Assembly (NCBI GenBank): GCA_965215565.1
Contig: CBDCDZ010000004.1
Span: forward strand, 4,288,001 to 4,352,000
Reading direction: 5' to 3'
Length of the DNA stretch: 64,000 nt
Source: Trueperaceae bacterium
GTDB lineage: Bacteria; Deinococcota; Deinococci; Deinococcales; Trueperaceae
Of the stretch, positions 1 to 9,097 are shown one piece after another; the first letter of the stretch is position 1; the number at the start of each line of letters is the position of its first letter. A model generated the notes under the pieces. The model saw only the letters and a list, made by a program, of their open reading frames with translations. It searched no databases and had not been told where the DNA came from. Both the position numbers and the translations under genes were made by a program.

Positions 1-282
1 CGCCGCCTCGTAACCCAACGCTTTGAGCATTGCGTCAAATCTCAGGCGCACGGTGGGGTAGGAGAGCCCCAAAATCCGCTCAACTTCTTTGAGGTTGCCG
101 CGCACCTTGACGAAGAGGCGTAAGAACTCTAGGGGTTCGTTCGACAGGAGGGCGAACTCGTTCGGTGCAAAACGTCCTTCGATGGTGACGCCGCTCTCGG
201 GGCACTCGAGCCGCGTCACCTCCAGAGGCTCCCCTGTGACGGGACAGTGGGTGGGCATCGGCAGTTTTTTCGTATCGCTCAT
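1..282 (-). CDS. DUF2089-family protein (Zn-ribbon-like + HTH), runs off window start
   Basis: Manual translation from ATG 282: MSDTKKLPMPTHCPVTGEPLEVTRLECPESGVTIEGRFAPNEF...FVKVRGNLKEVERILGLSYPTVRLR, the DUF2089 pattern; absent from the ORF track because it is truncated. Confidence 0.85.
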   Translation of the reverse strand, partial: MSDTKKLPMPTHCPVTGEPLEVTRLECPESGVTIEGRFAPNEFALLSNEPLEFLRLFVKVRGNLKEVERILGLSYPTVRLRFDAMLKALGYEAA

Positions 283-289
283 GTCACCA

Positions 290-658
290 CTACACCATAT
301 CGAGGACGATGCGGACCGGATAGCCTTGCTCGTTCGTTTCCAAGTCGAGGAGGCGTCCTTCGCTCGAGCCGTTCAGCGACGCGAGCAGCTCGTTCAGGTC
401 AACCCCTTGCCCTTGCAGCGTCATCTGACCCTCTTTCGGAATGAACCGCGCGGCGAACTTGGCTAGACCGAGTGGCACGTTCACGCGCACTTTTGGTTCG
501 CCGTCCGCGTCTACGGCGATGTGGAGCGACTTCGCGATACCTTTAGGTTTCGCCTCGGCGCGCGTTTCCGCCCGTAGAGCGCTCAGGAGCCCGTCGGCTT
601 CGTCTACGCTGATTTGCCCGGCAGCGAGCATCTCCAAAATGCGGCGCTGCTCGTTCAC
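290..658 (-). CDS. SHOCT-like domain protein (DUF2089-associated)
   Basis: N-terminal MNEQRRILEMLAAGQISVDEADGLL SHOCT-like motif and KVRVNVPLGLAK motif; overlaps upstream gene by 4 nt. Confidence 0.75.
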   Translation of the reverse strand: MNEQRRILEMLAAGQISVDEADGLLSALRAETRAEAKPKGIAKSLHIAVDADGEPKVRVNVPLGLAKFAARFIPKEGQMTLQGQGVDLNELLASLNGSSEGRLLDLETNEQGYPVRIVLDMV

Positions 659-1533
659 GCTTTCACGCTCACGTCGCCCGCCATGAGGTCAACCTCGAGC
701 CTCGCCGCCCCCGCCCCCACCGTGCCCTCGAAACGCCCGCCGGTCATGCTCTCCTGGCGGGTGAACGGTTCCTCGACGTGGAGCGAGCCCGCGCTTATGG
801 TTCCCTTTGCGGTGACGCTCGAGCCCGCCAACAGCACGATGTCCACGTCGCCTGCCTTCGCTTTGAGGCGGTGCTCTCCCGCTGTGAGGCGCAGGCTCAC
901 GTCCACGTCGCCTGCTTGCAGCACTAGGTCCACGCCGCCGATGTCTTGCGCGTCCACGTCGCCCGCTAAGAGCTTCCCTTTGAGGTAGGGAACGTCCTCA
1001 ACGTCAATATCGCCCGCCTTGCTCTGCACCTCTAAGCCATACCCGGCTGGGATACGTACCCGCAAGTCGCCCGCCTTGACCCAATTCAAGAGGTTATCTA
1101 GGATGCTCTCGCCCTCCTTCTGACGTGGGCGCTGCCTGATTTCGAAGTCGTCGCCGCGCCGCGTCAGCTCCGCCTTGCCCTCGAAGGCGGGCTCGCTCAG
1201 GGAGGTATCGATGTGTACGTCCAAGTCCCCCGCCAGCATCGAAACCGTAACCCAGCGCGTGACTTCTTGGGTGGATGAGGTTGATGGGGCTTTGAAGGGG
1301 GGTTCTGCACCGGGTGGTGGCGTGCTCGCTATAGGTTCGGCGTTAGACAAAGAGGTAGGCGGATGAGGCGGCGTAATCGGTTTTGACACATTTACGCGCT
1401 CGTCCTCTTCTCGCTCGGTGTTCCCTTCGGTATTTTGTTCAGGGTCTTGGAGCGCCTCGAGCAGCAGCGCCGCTTCCTGCTGGCTAATTTTCCCTTCCTC
1501 GACAAGTGCTTGAATACGGTCTTGTTCACTCAT
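655..1533 (-). CDS. SHOCT-like + DUF4097 beta-strand repeat protein
   Basis: SHOCT-like N-terminus, Pro-rich linker, repeated AGD(V/I/L)xV units; AAGGAG RBS before ATG 1533. Confidence 0.8.
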   Translation of the reverse strand: MSEQDRIQALVEEGKISQQEAALLLEALQDPEQNTEGNTEREEDERVNVSKPITPPHPPTSLSNAEPIASTPPPGAEPPFKAPSTSSTQEVTRWVTVSMLAGDLDVHIDTSLSEPAFEGKAELTRRGDDFEIRQRPRQKEGESILDNLLNWVKAGDLRVRIPAGYGLEVQSKAGDIDVEDVPYLKGKLLAGDVDAQDIGGVDLVLQAGDVDVSLRLTAGEHRLKAKAGDVDIVLLAGSSVTAKGTISAGSLHVEEPFTRQESMTGGRFEGTVGAGAARLEVDLMAGDVSVKA

Positions 1534-1592
1534 CTTCGACTCCTTTAGCTGCAACTGAGAGTAAATTGAAAGATAAATTTGATAATCACTTT

Positions 1593-1643
1593 TATATTAC
1601 GTTCCTCGAGAAGTAATATAGAACTAAAAATTCATATTGTCAA
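1593..1643 (-). promoter_or_regulatory. sigma70 promoter (TTGACA-17-TATATT) with overlapping inverted repeat
   Basis: Minus strand TTGACA (1643-1638), 17 nt, TATATT (1620-1615); inverted repeat TATATTAC(1593-1600)/GTAATATA(1613-1620) in an AT-rich region. Confidence 0.7.
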
Positions 1644-1781
1644 GTTGAGGTTTATATTTGAATATCTGAACTTTGCTTTTCTGATGTTCTGTAAAGCTTT
1701 TTCTAAGCAAAAGAAAAGAGAGGTGATAACCTCTCTTATAAACGGTTGGGGCTTTTTGACTTCTTCGTATTTACGTTCTTA

Positions 1782-1894
1782 TAGTACTTCCAAAATATAC
1801 TGAGATAGAATGCCGCAGGTATCATCTCATAACGTGCGCGCTAAACGCCGCTTTATATAGAGTGAGAGTGTCTCAAACCAGATGATACCTGCTA
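1782..1894. repeat. ~110-bp TAGCA..TGCTA dispersed element, copy A
   Basis: Shares GCAGGTATCATCT/AGATGATACCTGCTA stem and TACTGAGA/TTCCAAAA blocks with the other copies. Confidence 0.8.
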
Positions 1895-3383
1895 TTACAT
1901 ATGAATAGGACGCTTCTCCACCGCTAACGCTGCTTCTTTGATGGTCTCGGCGAGCGTAGGGTGCGCGTGGCTGGTGCGGGCGATGTCTTCTGCCGATGCG
2001 CCGAACTCCATGGCCGCTACCGCTTCGGCGATCAGGTCGCCAGCGCGTACGCCGATGATGTGCACGCCCAGCACGCGGTCCGTCTCCGCGTCCGCTAAGA
2101 TTTTGACCTTGCCCTCGGGATGACCGAGCGCCTTAGCGCGTCCGTTGGCTTGATAGGGGAAGACGCCCTTTTTGAAGTCTACGCCTTCATCTTCGAGTTC
2201 CTCTTCGGTCTTGCCGACGGAAGCGATCTCTGGCTCGGTATAGGCAACCGCAGGAATCGCTTGATAGGGGAAGACGCCCGTCTACGCCTTCATCTTCGAG
2301 TTCCTCTTCGGTCTTGCCGACGGAAGCGATCTCTGGCTCGGTATAGGCAACCGCAGGAATCGCACCGTAGTTGACGTGTCCGTAGCCATTGGCGATGCCC
2401 TCCACGCAGGCGATACCCTCTTCCTCCGCCTTGTGCGCCAGCATCGGACCGCGAATCACGTCGCCGATGGCGTAGACGTTCTCTACGGAGGTTTTGAAGC
2501 TTTCGTCTACGGGGATGCGTCCCTTATCGTCTAGCTCGAGCCCAATGGACTCTAAGCCCAGCCCCTCCGTATTCGGCTTGCGCCCTACCGCCACGAGCAC
2601 GCGGTCGCAGGTGATGGGATCTGCGCCCTCGATCTCGACGGTGCAGGTGTCGCCCTCTGCTTTAGCGGAGGTGACTTTGCTCCCTAGGCGAAACTCTAAG
2701 CCCTGTTTCTTAAACTGCTTGAGCGCTTCCTTAGCGATTTCAGCGTCCATGCCGGGAAGGATGCGGTCCAAATACTCGACGACGGTGACGTTTGCGCCTA
2801 AACGCTTCCAGACGGAGCCGAGTTCTAAGCCGATGTAGCCCGCGCCGATGACGACGAGGTGCTCGGGAACTTCATGGTAGTCGATGGCTTGGCTGCTCGT
2901 GCCGATGCGGTCGCCGTCTAACTCGACGCCGGGCAAGGTGGCAATGGCGCTGCCTGTGGCGATGAGGATGCGCTGCGCTTGGAGTTCCTGTTCGCCCTCG
3001 TCGCTCTGCACCGTGACGTTGCCTTGACCCCTGATGCGTCCGAGTCCTTGATAATGCGTCACTTTATTCTTCTTGAAAAGCCCTGCTACACCCCCCGTAA
3101 GGCTTTTAACGACGTCATCTTTACGTTTGAGCATCGTACTTAAATCTAGCTCGACGCCGCTCACGTTGATGCCGTGATCTTGAAGACTTTTCTGCGCTTC
3201 ATAAAACTTCTCACTCGACTCCAAAAGTGCTTTGCTGGGGATACAGCCCACGCGCAAGCAGGTTCCGCCTAAGGCGTCATTCTTGTCGATACAAGCCACG
3301 TCGAAGCCGAGTTGGGCGGCGCGAATCGCGGCGACGTAACCGCCTGGTCCTGCGCCGATGATGATGAGGTCGTGTTTGGTCAT
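1895..3383 (-). pseudogene. lpdA: dihydrolipoamide dehydrogenase, frameshifted by a 103-nt tandem duplication (possibly an assembly artefact)
   Basis: GAGPGGY, GGTCLRVGCIPSK, GAGYIGLE; C-terminus (..[25 protein letters not shown], stop 1895-1897) lies in another frame; removing 2259-2361 gives a 461-aa ORF. Confidence 0.85.
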
Positions 3384-3540
3384 AGTCACAGCTTATCGCA
3401 GGGCGGCGCGAAGAGGTGACGCCCATGAGCCCATCCCCCTGTCGGCGCTTTAAGAGGCTCGAGTTGAGTGACGAGGGCTGAATAGAAGCGCCGAGGGAGG
3501 TCGGCGTTTGTCTTGGCGTGTTGCTTCTGCGCCAATAGAG

Positions 3541-3568
3541 AAGCAGGGAGTCTTAAAACTCCCTGCTT
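3541..3568 (-). terminator. hairpin, probable terminator of the beta-helix gene
   Basis: AAGCAGGGAGT-cttaaa-ACTCCCTGCTT, ~22 nt past the stop of 3591-5600. Confidence 0.55.
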
Positions 3569-3590
3569 GGCAGACTGATTTTCCCCCTTC

Positions 3591-5600
3591 CTACCTACTT
3601 GCCAACTGCCCCCCGCCTTGTAACTTTTTAACGGTTTCACCTAAGAGCGAGGCGATGCTCTGCTTGCCTTCTAGGGCACCTAGGTCAGGGGCTTTGCCCT
3701 GGAAGGCGAGGTTGAGCTTGACGCCTGCGTCAATAGCTTTGGAGGAGGAGCTTAACTTCAAGAAGCTCTTGTTGGAGGGGCTGAGGCTGGTGAAGTCGGG
3801 GTTGTTGATGTTTAAGTCCCAGGAGTTGTGGCTGCTCTTGTCGTCGCGGCTCATGCCCTTGGTCTTCTTGTCCTGAAAGCTGAGGTTGTTCTTGAGGACG
3901 TTGGGGGCTTTGCCACTGCTCTTAGGAGCGTAAGCGATGAAGCCGTGGGCACCCGCTTTCCAGGAGGTGTTGTGGAGCATGGTGAGCCCGCCTCCACTGT
4001 TGCCGTCAAAGTTGTTGGCACGGTTTTTGTAGGCGACGTTGTAACGAACGATGTTCTGGCTGTTGTCGGTGCGGCGGCAACCCAACTTGAACCCGTTGCC
4101 GTCACCGGAATGCCCGGCCCCGTTGGAGTGCGCAACGCTGTACTCGACTAAAGACCTGCTGCCGCAGAAGACGTCGATGCCGTCGTCGGAGTTGTTGTAG
4201 GCTAAAAAGTTGCGCACGACGTGCTTGGTGCCCGCAGCGATCTTGATGCCGTCAGCGGATTCGCCCCCGTTCTGATAGCTGTTGTTGGAGTGCGAAACAC
4301 TGTCTTCAAAGGTGCCGTAGTCCCCTAGTAAGTAGATGCCGTCGCTGTGGTGGTTGTGCGATAAGACGTTGCGCACGCTGATGTGGTCACCCTTGAGGTA
4401 GAGCCCGCGCCCCGCTCCGTGGCGGAAGGTGAGGTTCTGGACCGTGTAGTAGTCGGCGGCGATTCTAAAAAGCGTGGGGTTGGAAACGCTCTTGTAGTTT
4501 TTCCAGTGGCGGGACTTGCCGTCGATGATGGCACGCTCGCCAGGATAGCTGGTGATGGTGATGGGCTTGTCTTTGCTGCCGTCGGTCTCAAAGGACTTGC
4601 TGAGGTAGCCCTTGTGCACGCCGCTGCGCAAGTAGACCGTGTCGCCCGGCTTGACGAGCTTCGCCGCTTGCCCGAGGGTCTGGAGGGGCTTCTTGGCACT
4701 CCGCCCGTCGTTCTTGTCAGAGCCCGTGGGCGAGACGTATAGAGCGGACTTCGCCGCGGCGACAGGCTGAGGCTCGGGGCTGGGTGCAGGGCTAGGTGCA
4801 GGGCTGGGCGTAGGGGCACTCGGACCAGCGCTGCTGGGGATGTACTCGACGTAGAGTTGTGGGGCGGCGCGCTTGTTGCCGCGGTAGGACTCGGCGACAC
4901 GCTTGTTGCGCTTGCTCTCGCTGCTGAAAAGCACGGCGAAGGCGTTGCCGCTCTGCCAGCCCCGGCGGTTGACCACCTCTTGCAGCAGGGGCGCAACGTT
5001 GGGCGTGAACTGCTTGCCGCCGCGCTCGCCCACCTTGCGCCAGTCCTGGGGCTGCCAGCGCACCTTGGCGGCGGTGGCTGGGCGCTTAGAGAGGTTGCGG
5101 GACTTCTCCTCAAAGCGCGCGGCGTTGTCGCTGTCGTCGGCGTACACCTTGAGCTTAAGCGCACCTCTGTCGATCTCGTCGGCGGTGAAGCGCACCTCGG
5201 CGCGGCGAATCTTGGCACCCTGGGGAATCTTGAGGTTGGTAAAGCGCACGCCCACGAGCTGCTGACCGCGCTTCACATCATAGGTGAGTTCTAAGTCGGT
5301 GCTAGAGGTCACGACTTTGCCCGAGGCGCGCTCTTCGGCGTCATCACGGTCAGAGGCGACGCGCATCTTGATGTACTTGACGCTGCCCTGCGCTTCTAGC
5401 TCGGGCGTCTCGACGCTGCTGCAAGCGCTGAACAAAAAGGCGCTCGCGGCTAAAAGACCTAAGCGGGTGTAGCGCTTGAGTCTGGCGGCGCGGGCAGACG
5501 TTGGGGTGTCGGCTTGGGTATTGGTTTGAGTATTGGTTGGGGTGAGAAGGGTGTTGACTACTTTGCTTGCTACTTTGGATGAACGGTTCACTGGTGACAT
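3591..5600 (-). CDS. secreted lipoprotein with right-handed beta-helix (PL9 pectate-lyase-like/DUF1565) domain
   Basis: Lipobox FSAC, N-terminal SxxDDAEE beta-sandwich-like domain, PSPAP linker, YVSPTGSD..GDTVYLRSG, NSDDGID, GDGNGFKLG, APDLGALE; start uncertain. Confidence 0.75.
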   Translation of the reverse strand: MSPVNRSSKVASKVVNTLLTPTNTQTNTQADTPTSARAARLKRYTRLGLLAASAFLFSACSSVETPELEAQGSVKYIKMRVASDRDDAEERASGKVVTSSTDLELTYDVKRGQQLVGVRFTNLKIPQGAKIRRAEVRFTADEIDRGALKLKVYADDSDNAARFEEKSRNLSKRPATAAKVRWQPQDWRKVGERGGKQFTPNVAPLLQEVVNRRGWQSGNAFAVLFSSESKRNKRVAESYRGNKRAAPQLYVEYIPSSAGPSAPTPSPAPSPAPSPEPQPVAAAKSALYVSPTGSDKNDGRSAKKPLQTLGQAAKLVKPGDTVYLRSGVHKGYLSKSFETDGSKDKPITITSYPGERAIIDGKSRHWKNYKSVSNPTLFRIAADYYTVQNLTFRHGAGRGLYLKGDHISVRNVLSHNHHSDGIYLLGDYGTFEDSVSHSNNSYQNGGESADGIKIAAGTKHVVRNFLAYNNSDDGIDVFCGSRSLVEYSVAHSNGAGHSGDGNGFKLGCRRTDNSQNIVRYNVAYKNRANNFDGNSGGGLTMLHNTSWKAGAHGFIAYAPKSSGKAPNVLKNNLSFQDKKTKGMSRDDKSSHNSWDLNINNPDFTSLSPSNKSFLKLSSSSKAIDAGVKLNLAFQGKAPDLGALEGKQSIASLLGETVKKLQGGGQLASR

Positions 5601-6315
5601 AGCTCTGCTCCCTGGAACCCCATGAGAAAGTGTAGTGGATACCAAGTCGTAGCAAAGAGCTACCCTCGGCCGGTTGCGCTACTAGCTCGACTTGTTCCAA
5701 GCGCCCAGAAGAGCCTTTAGCTGCAGGTAGCATCTGGTTAGAGATGCGTGCCTAGCAAGTCATTGCCTGCTAAAGGTTCATAGAGAACAAGTGTCATCGC
5801 TTCCGAGGGGTGGGGTTCGTTCCCCTCAGTGATATATGTAGTTTAAGCCGAGCCAACCGCTCGGTCTGTAAGATTTCTGTAAGAACGTGAAGAGCAAGTG
5901 AAGGGTGTGTAAGAGGTAACAGAGGTGACAGAGGTGCGTGACTCGAGCCGCGTAAAAGTGTTTCCTTGGAACCATTCTAGGTAAGTAGAGGTGTAGAGAT
6001 AATCCAAACTGGAAAAGTTTGCAGTTCTCGCCTCGAGCGTAAAACTTCAGCAAAAGGGTTTAGGTTATTCAGACCGGAGCACTTACGGCTAGGACGCTGA
6101 AAAGGACCCAAGCCGAACGGAGCCCTAAGAATCTCGTTAAACGTCTTTGCAAGTTTTGGCTGAAGCGATAGCGTTTCCACGTTTTATTGCTACAGCAACA
6201 AAACGTGCGAGCGGGTGCGTTCACGAAGTCGCCAGTGGGAGTGAAGTGACGCGCAAGCCTTGAAGAAATAGACGCGGGGCAGTTGGTGCAGCGAAGCGTG
6301 GAAGTGCTACGAGTA

Positions 6316-9078
6316 TCAAACGCGGTTCTTAGAGCTTAAAAAGAGGTCAGCACCTCTTCCTAGTTCCACCTTGAACGCCTCTTCCAACACTGCGGTCTCT
6401 AACGTCACGACTCGTTTCTCTCGCAGATAGACGAGTTGCACCTCCGGCGTCACGCCGCGCACCTCTTTAATCGCTCGGAGGTAGACCGCGAGTTGAAAGT
6501 GATAGCGCTCCGGCTCGATACTTTGGTCCGTCTTGTAGTCCTCTAAAATCCACCGCTCGCCTACGCGGTAGAGGCGGTCGATGACGCCTTGCCAGACGGT
6601 TGCGTTGTGTGGCAGCGCCATCGGCAGTTCAGGATAGTCTTCGTCCCTCGAGGCGAGCGCGGGGAGAGCGCCGCCTAAGAGCGCTTCGTAGTTCGCCAGC
6701 AACCCCTTCACCTCTCCTAAAATATCTCCCTGCTCCCCTTCGCTAAAAGGGAACATGACCTCTTGCGCCCCCAAATTCGCCAAGTGCACGGGGTTGTCCG
6801 CGCGCCAGTTCTGCGAAATAGCGTAGTGGACTAAGGTGCCTACCGTGCGCGAGCGTCCCGGCAACCGCTCGCCCTCGTCGGGGTCGGAGATGGGCAGCGG
6901 CTCGAAACTCTCGGTTCCCTTGAGGCTCGAGGGTGATGACACAGGTGGGTGCGGGTGTGGCGGAAAGAATCGTTCTACCCAGGGAGACGTTTGGAGTTCG
7001 TGGCGCTTGTGTTCGCCTAAAGAGGCCGCCTGAACAGATTTGTACGCCCACGTCTTCAGCACGAAGTCGGGGCGCTCCCAAGCGGCTGCGCCCGCGCCTA
7101 AGCCCATCGTGTCCAGACCCTTCGCCCACCCGTCAGGCTCGCCCCCCTTCACGCTGCCGCTCATCAGCAACACGTCCCGCGCCCGCGACGCCGCGACGTA
7201 GAGCAGGCGGTAACTCTCCGCCTCTTCTCGAGCTTTCATCCCTTCGCGTAGCGCTTCGAACTGGGGCGTACCTGCGAGCGCGATACGTCCGGTTTTGGGC
7301 TCGAGGTAGAGGGGCTGCGGGTGATGATAGTGCTTTCTACCCAGATCGAACACGGCGACGACGGGCCACTCGAGCCCCTTCGCCCGGTGCACCGTGAGGA
7401 GCGACACCCCCTCGCCGCTCTGCGGCACGTCGCCCGCCTCGGCTTGGCGGCTCAGGAGGTCTAGGCGTTCTAGGAGGACTTCGAGATCGCCCGGCGGCCT
7501 CTCCGCCACCGTGAAGAGAAGCGCGTCCACGTTCTCCCTCGCCCGCGCCTCCAAAAAGTCCACGTAGCGCGCGCCGCCGATGAAGGGCTCACGGATCAAG
7601 AACTTGAGCGCGGCGAGGGGCGTCGCTCTGACCTCTTCGCGAATCCTTTCCAACCGCTTGAACACGTCGGGGTGGTCCGCTTCCAGGCGCGCTAAGGGGT
7701 CCTCCGCCGAAAGAACCCGGTCGAGTTCGTCCAGCGCGAGCGCGGCGAACGGGCTCCGCAGCCACGCGCCTAAGCTTAGACCTGACGGATCGACGCCGAC
7801 GCGCAGCGCGTGGTAGAGGTCGCGCACCTCGAGGCGCTCGTAGTAGCCGCGCCCTTGTAGGAGGACGTAGGGGAGACCCACCGCCTCCAGCGCCGCCTCC
7901 ATAGTGGCGAGCCCGGCGTACGACTTCGCCAAAACCGCCATCTGGCTCGGCGGGTAGGACGCGCTCAGCGCCGAAAGCTGCTCGGCTAGAAGGTGCGCCT
8001 CATAGCGGCGCAAGTCGCCTATGGGCGCGTCGCCCGTCACCCAGTGGAGCGCGACGCGCCCGCGCTTCTGCGCCTGCTCGCCCGCTGCGAACACCTCGGG
8101 CGCTTCCTCTTCGCTAAAGCCCAAGCCGTGTTCGGCAAAGGTGCGCGTCATCCCGTTGAGAAAGCGGGTCAAGACGGCGGCGTGGCGGCGCGTTTGGTCG
8201 AGGGGCGCGAGGACTTCGCCGCGAGTGAGGGCGCGGCGGAAGACCTCGACGTCGGCGCTCCGAAAGCCGTAGATGGACTGCTTGGGGTCGCCGACAACTT
8301 CGATGTGGATACCGCTCGTCTCGAGCCGCTCGAAGAACTCCCCTTGCAGCGGGTTCACGTCCTGAAACTCGTCTACGAGCACGACGCGGTAGCGCTCCGC
8401 GAGACGTGCCAGGGTGTCCTTCGTCTGGACCATCACGAGCGCGCGCCGCTCGACTTCGGCGGGCGGCAAGAGTCGCGCGCCGAGCCGCACGCGGTAGCGG
8501 TCATAGACCGCGCCGAAGAGTTTGAGGAGGGCGGCGTTGTGGGGAGCGTGGGTATCTTCACCCGCCTCGAAGCGCGCCGCCAGCGAACGCTGTTTGAAGA
8601 GGTGCAAGAGGAGCGGCTTCGCTTGCGCGCCGAGCGCGCTCAGGACAGGGTAGAGGCTGTGCTGGGGGTCGTCGGCGAGGTAGAGCAGCGAGGTCAACTC
8701 CTCTTCGAACATCACGGACGCCTCCCACTCGCCGAGCGTCTTTGCGTCCGGATCCAGACCCAATTGCGGCGCGACGAGCCGGAGTGCGTTCGTCATGAAG
8801 CCGTGGATGGTGGTCAGCGTCGCGCCGCTCAGCTCGAGGTCCGCCTCCTCGAACGCTGCTCTCGCACTGGCGCTCGGGCAGAGGTCTAAGTAGCGTCCGG
8901 TTGTCAGCACCGCCCGCAAGCCCGCGCCGACGCGCTGACGCAACTCGTTCGCGGCGGTGCGCGTGAAGGTCACGCCCGCGACGCGGCGCAAGGGTGTGCC
9001 TTCGCCGACTAACTCCAGATAGCGCCGCACCAAACTCGTCGTCTTGCCCGTGCCCGCCGAGGCGACACGCACCCTCAC
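6316..9078 (-). CDS. addA: AddA-type UvrD helicase with C-terminal PD-(D/E)xK nuclease
   Basis: ASAGTGKT, VDEFQD, VGDPKQSIYGFR, TVHRAKGLEW, YVAASRA, GVIDRLY..LEDYKT. Confidence 0.85.
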   Translation of the reverse strand: MRVRVASAGTGKTTSLVRRYLELVGEGTPLRRVAGVTFTRTAANELRQRVGAGLRAVLTTGRYLDLCPSASARAAFEEADLELSGATLTTIHGFMTNALRLVAPQLGLDPDAKTLGEWEASVMFEEELTSLLYLADDPQHSLYPVLSALGAQAKPLLLHLFKQRSLAARFEAGEDTHAPHNAALLKLFGAVYDRYRVRLGARLLPPAEVERRALVMVQTKDTLARLAERYRVVLVDEFQDVNPLQGEFFERLETSGIHIEVVGDPKQSIYGFRSADVEVFRRALTRGEVLAPLDQTRRHAAVLTRFLNGMTRTFAEHGLGFSEEEAPEVFAAGEQAQKRGRVALHWVTGDAPIGDLRRYEAHLLAEQLSALSASYPPSQMAVLAKSYAGLATMEAALEAVGLPYVLLQGRGYYERLEVRDLYHALRVGVDPSGLSLGAWLRSPFAALALDELDRVLSAEDPLARLEADHPDVFKRLERIREEVRATPLAALKFLIREPFIGGARYVDFLEARARENVDALLFTVAERPPGDLEVLLERLDLLSRQAEAGDVPQSGEGVSLLTVHRAKGLEWPVVAVFDLGRKHYHHPQPLYLEPKTGRIALAGTPQFEALREGMKAREEAESYRLLYVAASRARDVLLMSGSVKGGEPDGWAKGLDTMGLGAGAAAWERPDFVLKTWAYKSVQAASLGEHKRHELQTSPWVERFFPPHPHPPVSSPSSLKGTESFEPLPISDPDEGERLPGRSRTVGTLVHYAISQNWRADNPVHLANLGAQEVMFPFSEGEQGDILGEVKGLLANYEALLGGALPALASRDEDYPELPMALPHNATVWQGVIDRLYRVGERWILEDYKTDQSIEPERYHFQLAVYLRAIKEVRGVTPEVQLVYLREKRVVTLETAVLEEAFKVELGRGADLFLSSKNRV

Positions 9079-9097
9079 GCGAACCCTACCCTAAGCA

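Noticed and set aside
5728..5772. Short TAGCA..TGCTA segment as a ninth copy of the dispersed element
   Set aside because: Only the ends and CATCTGG match; too short to support
7993..8889. Long antisense/alternative-frame ORFs (also 4325-5218, 26280-26882, 33271-34038)
   Set aside because: Shadows of high-GC coding genes with no motifs or start signals
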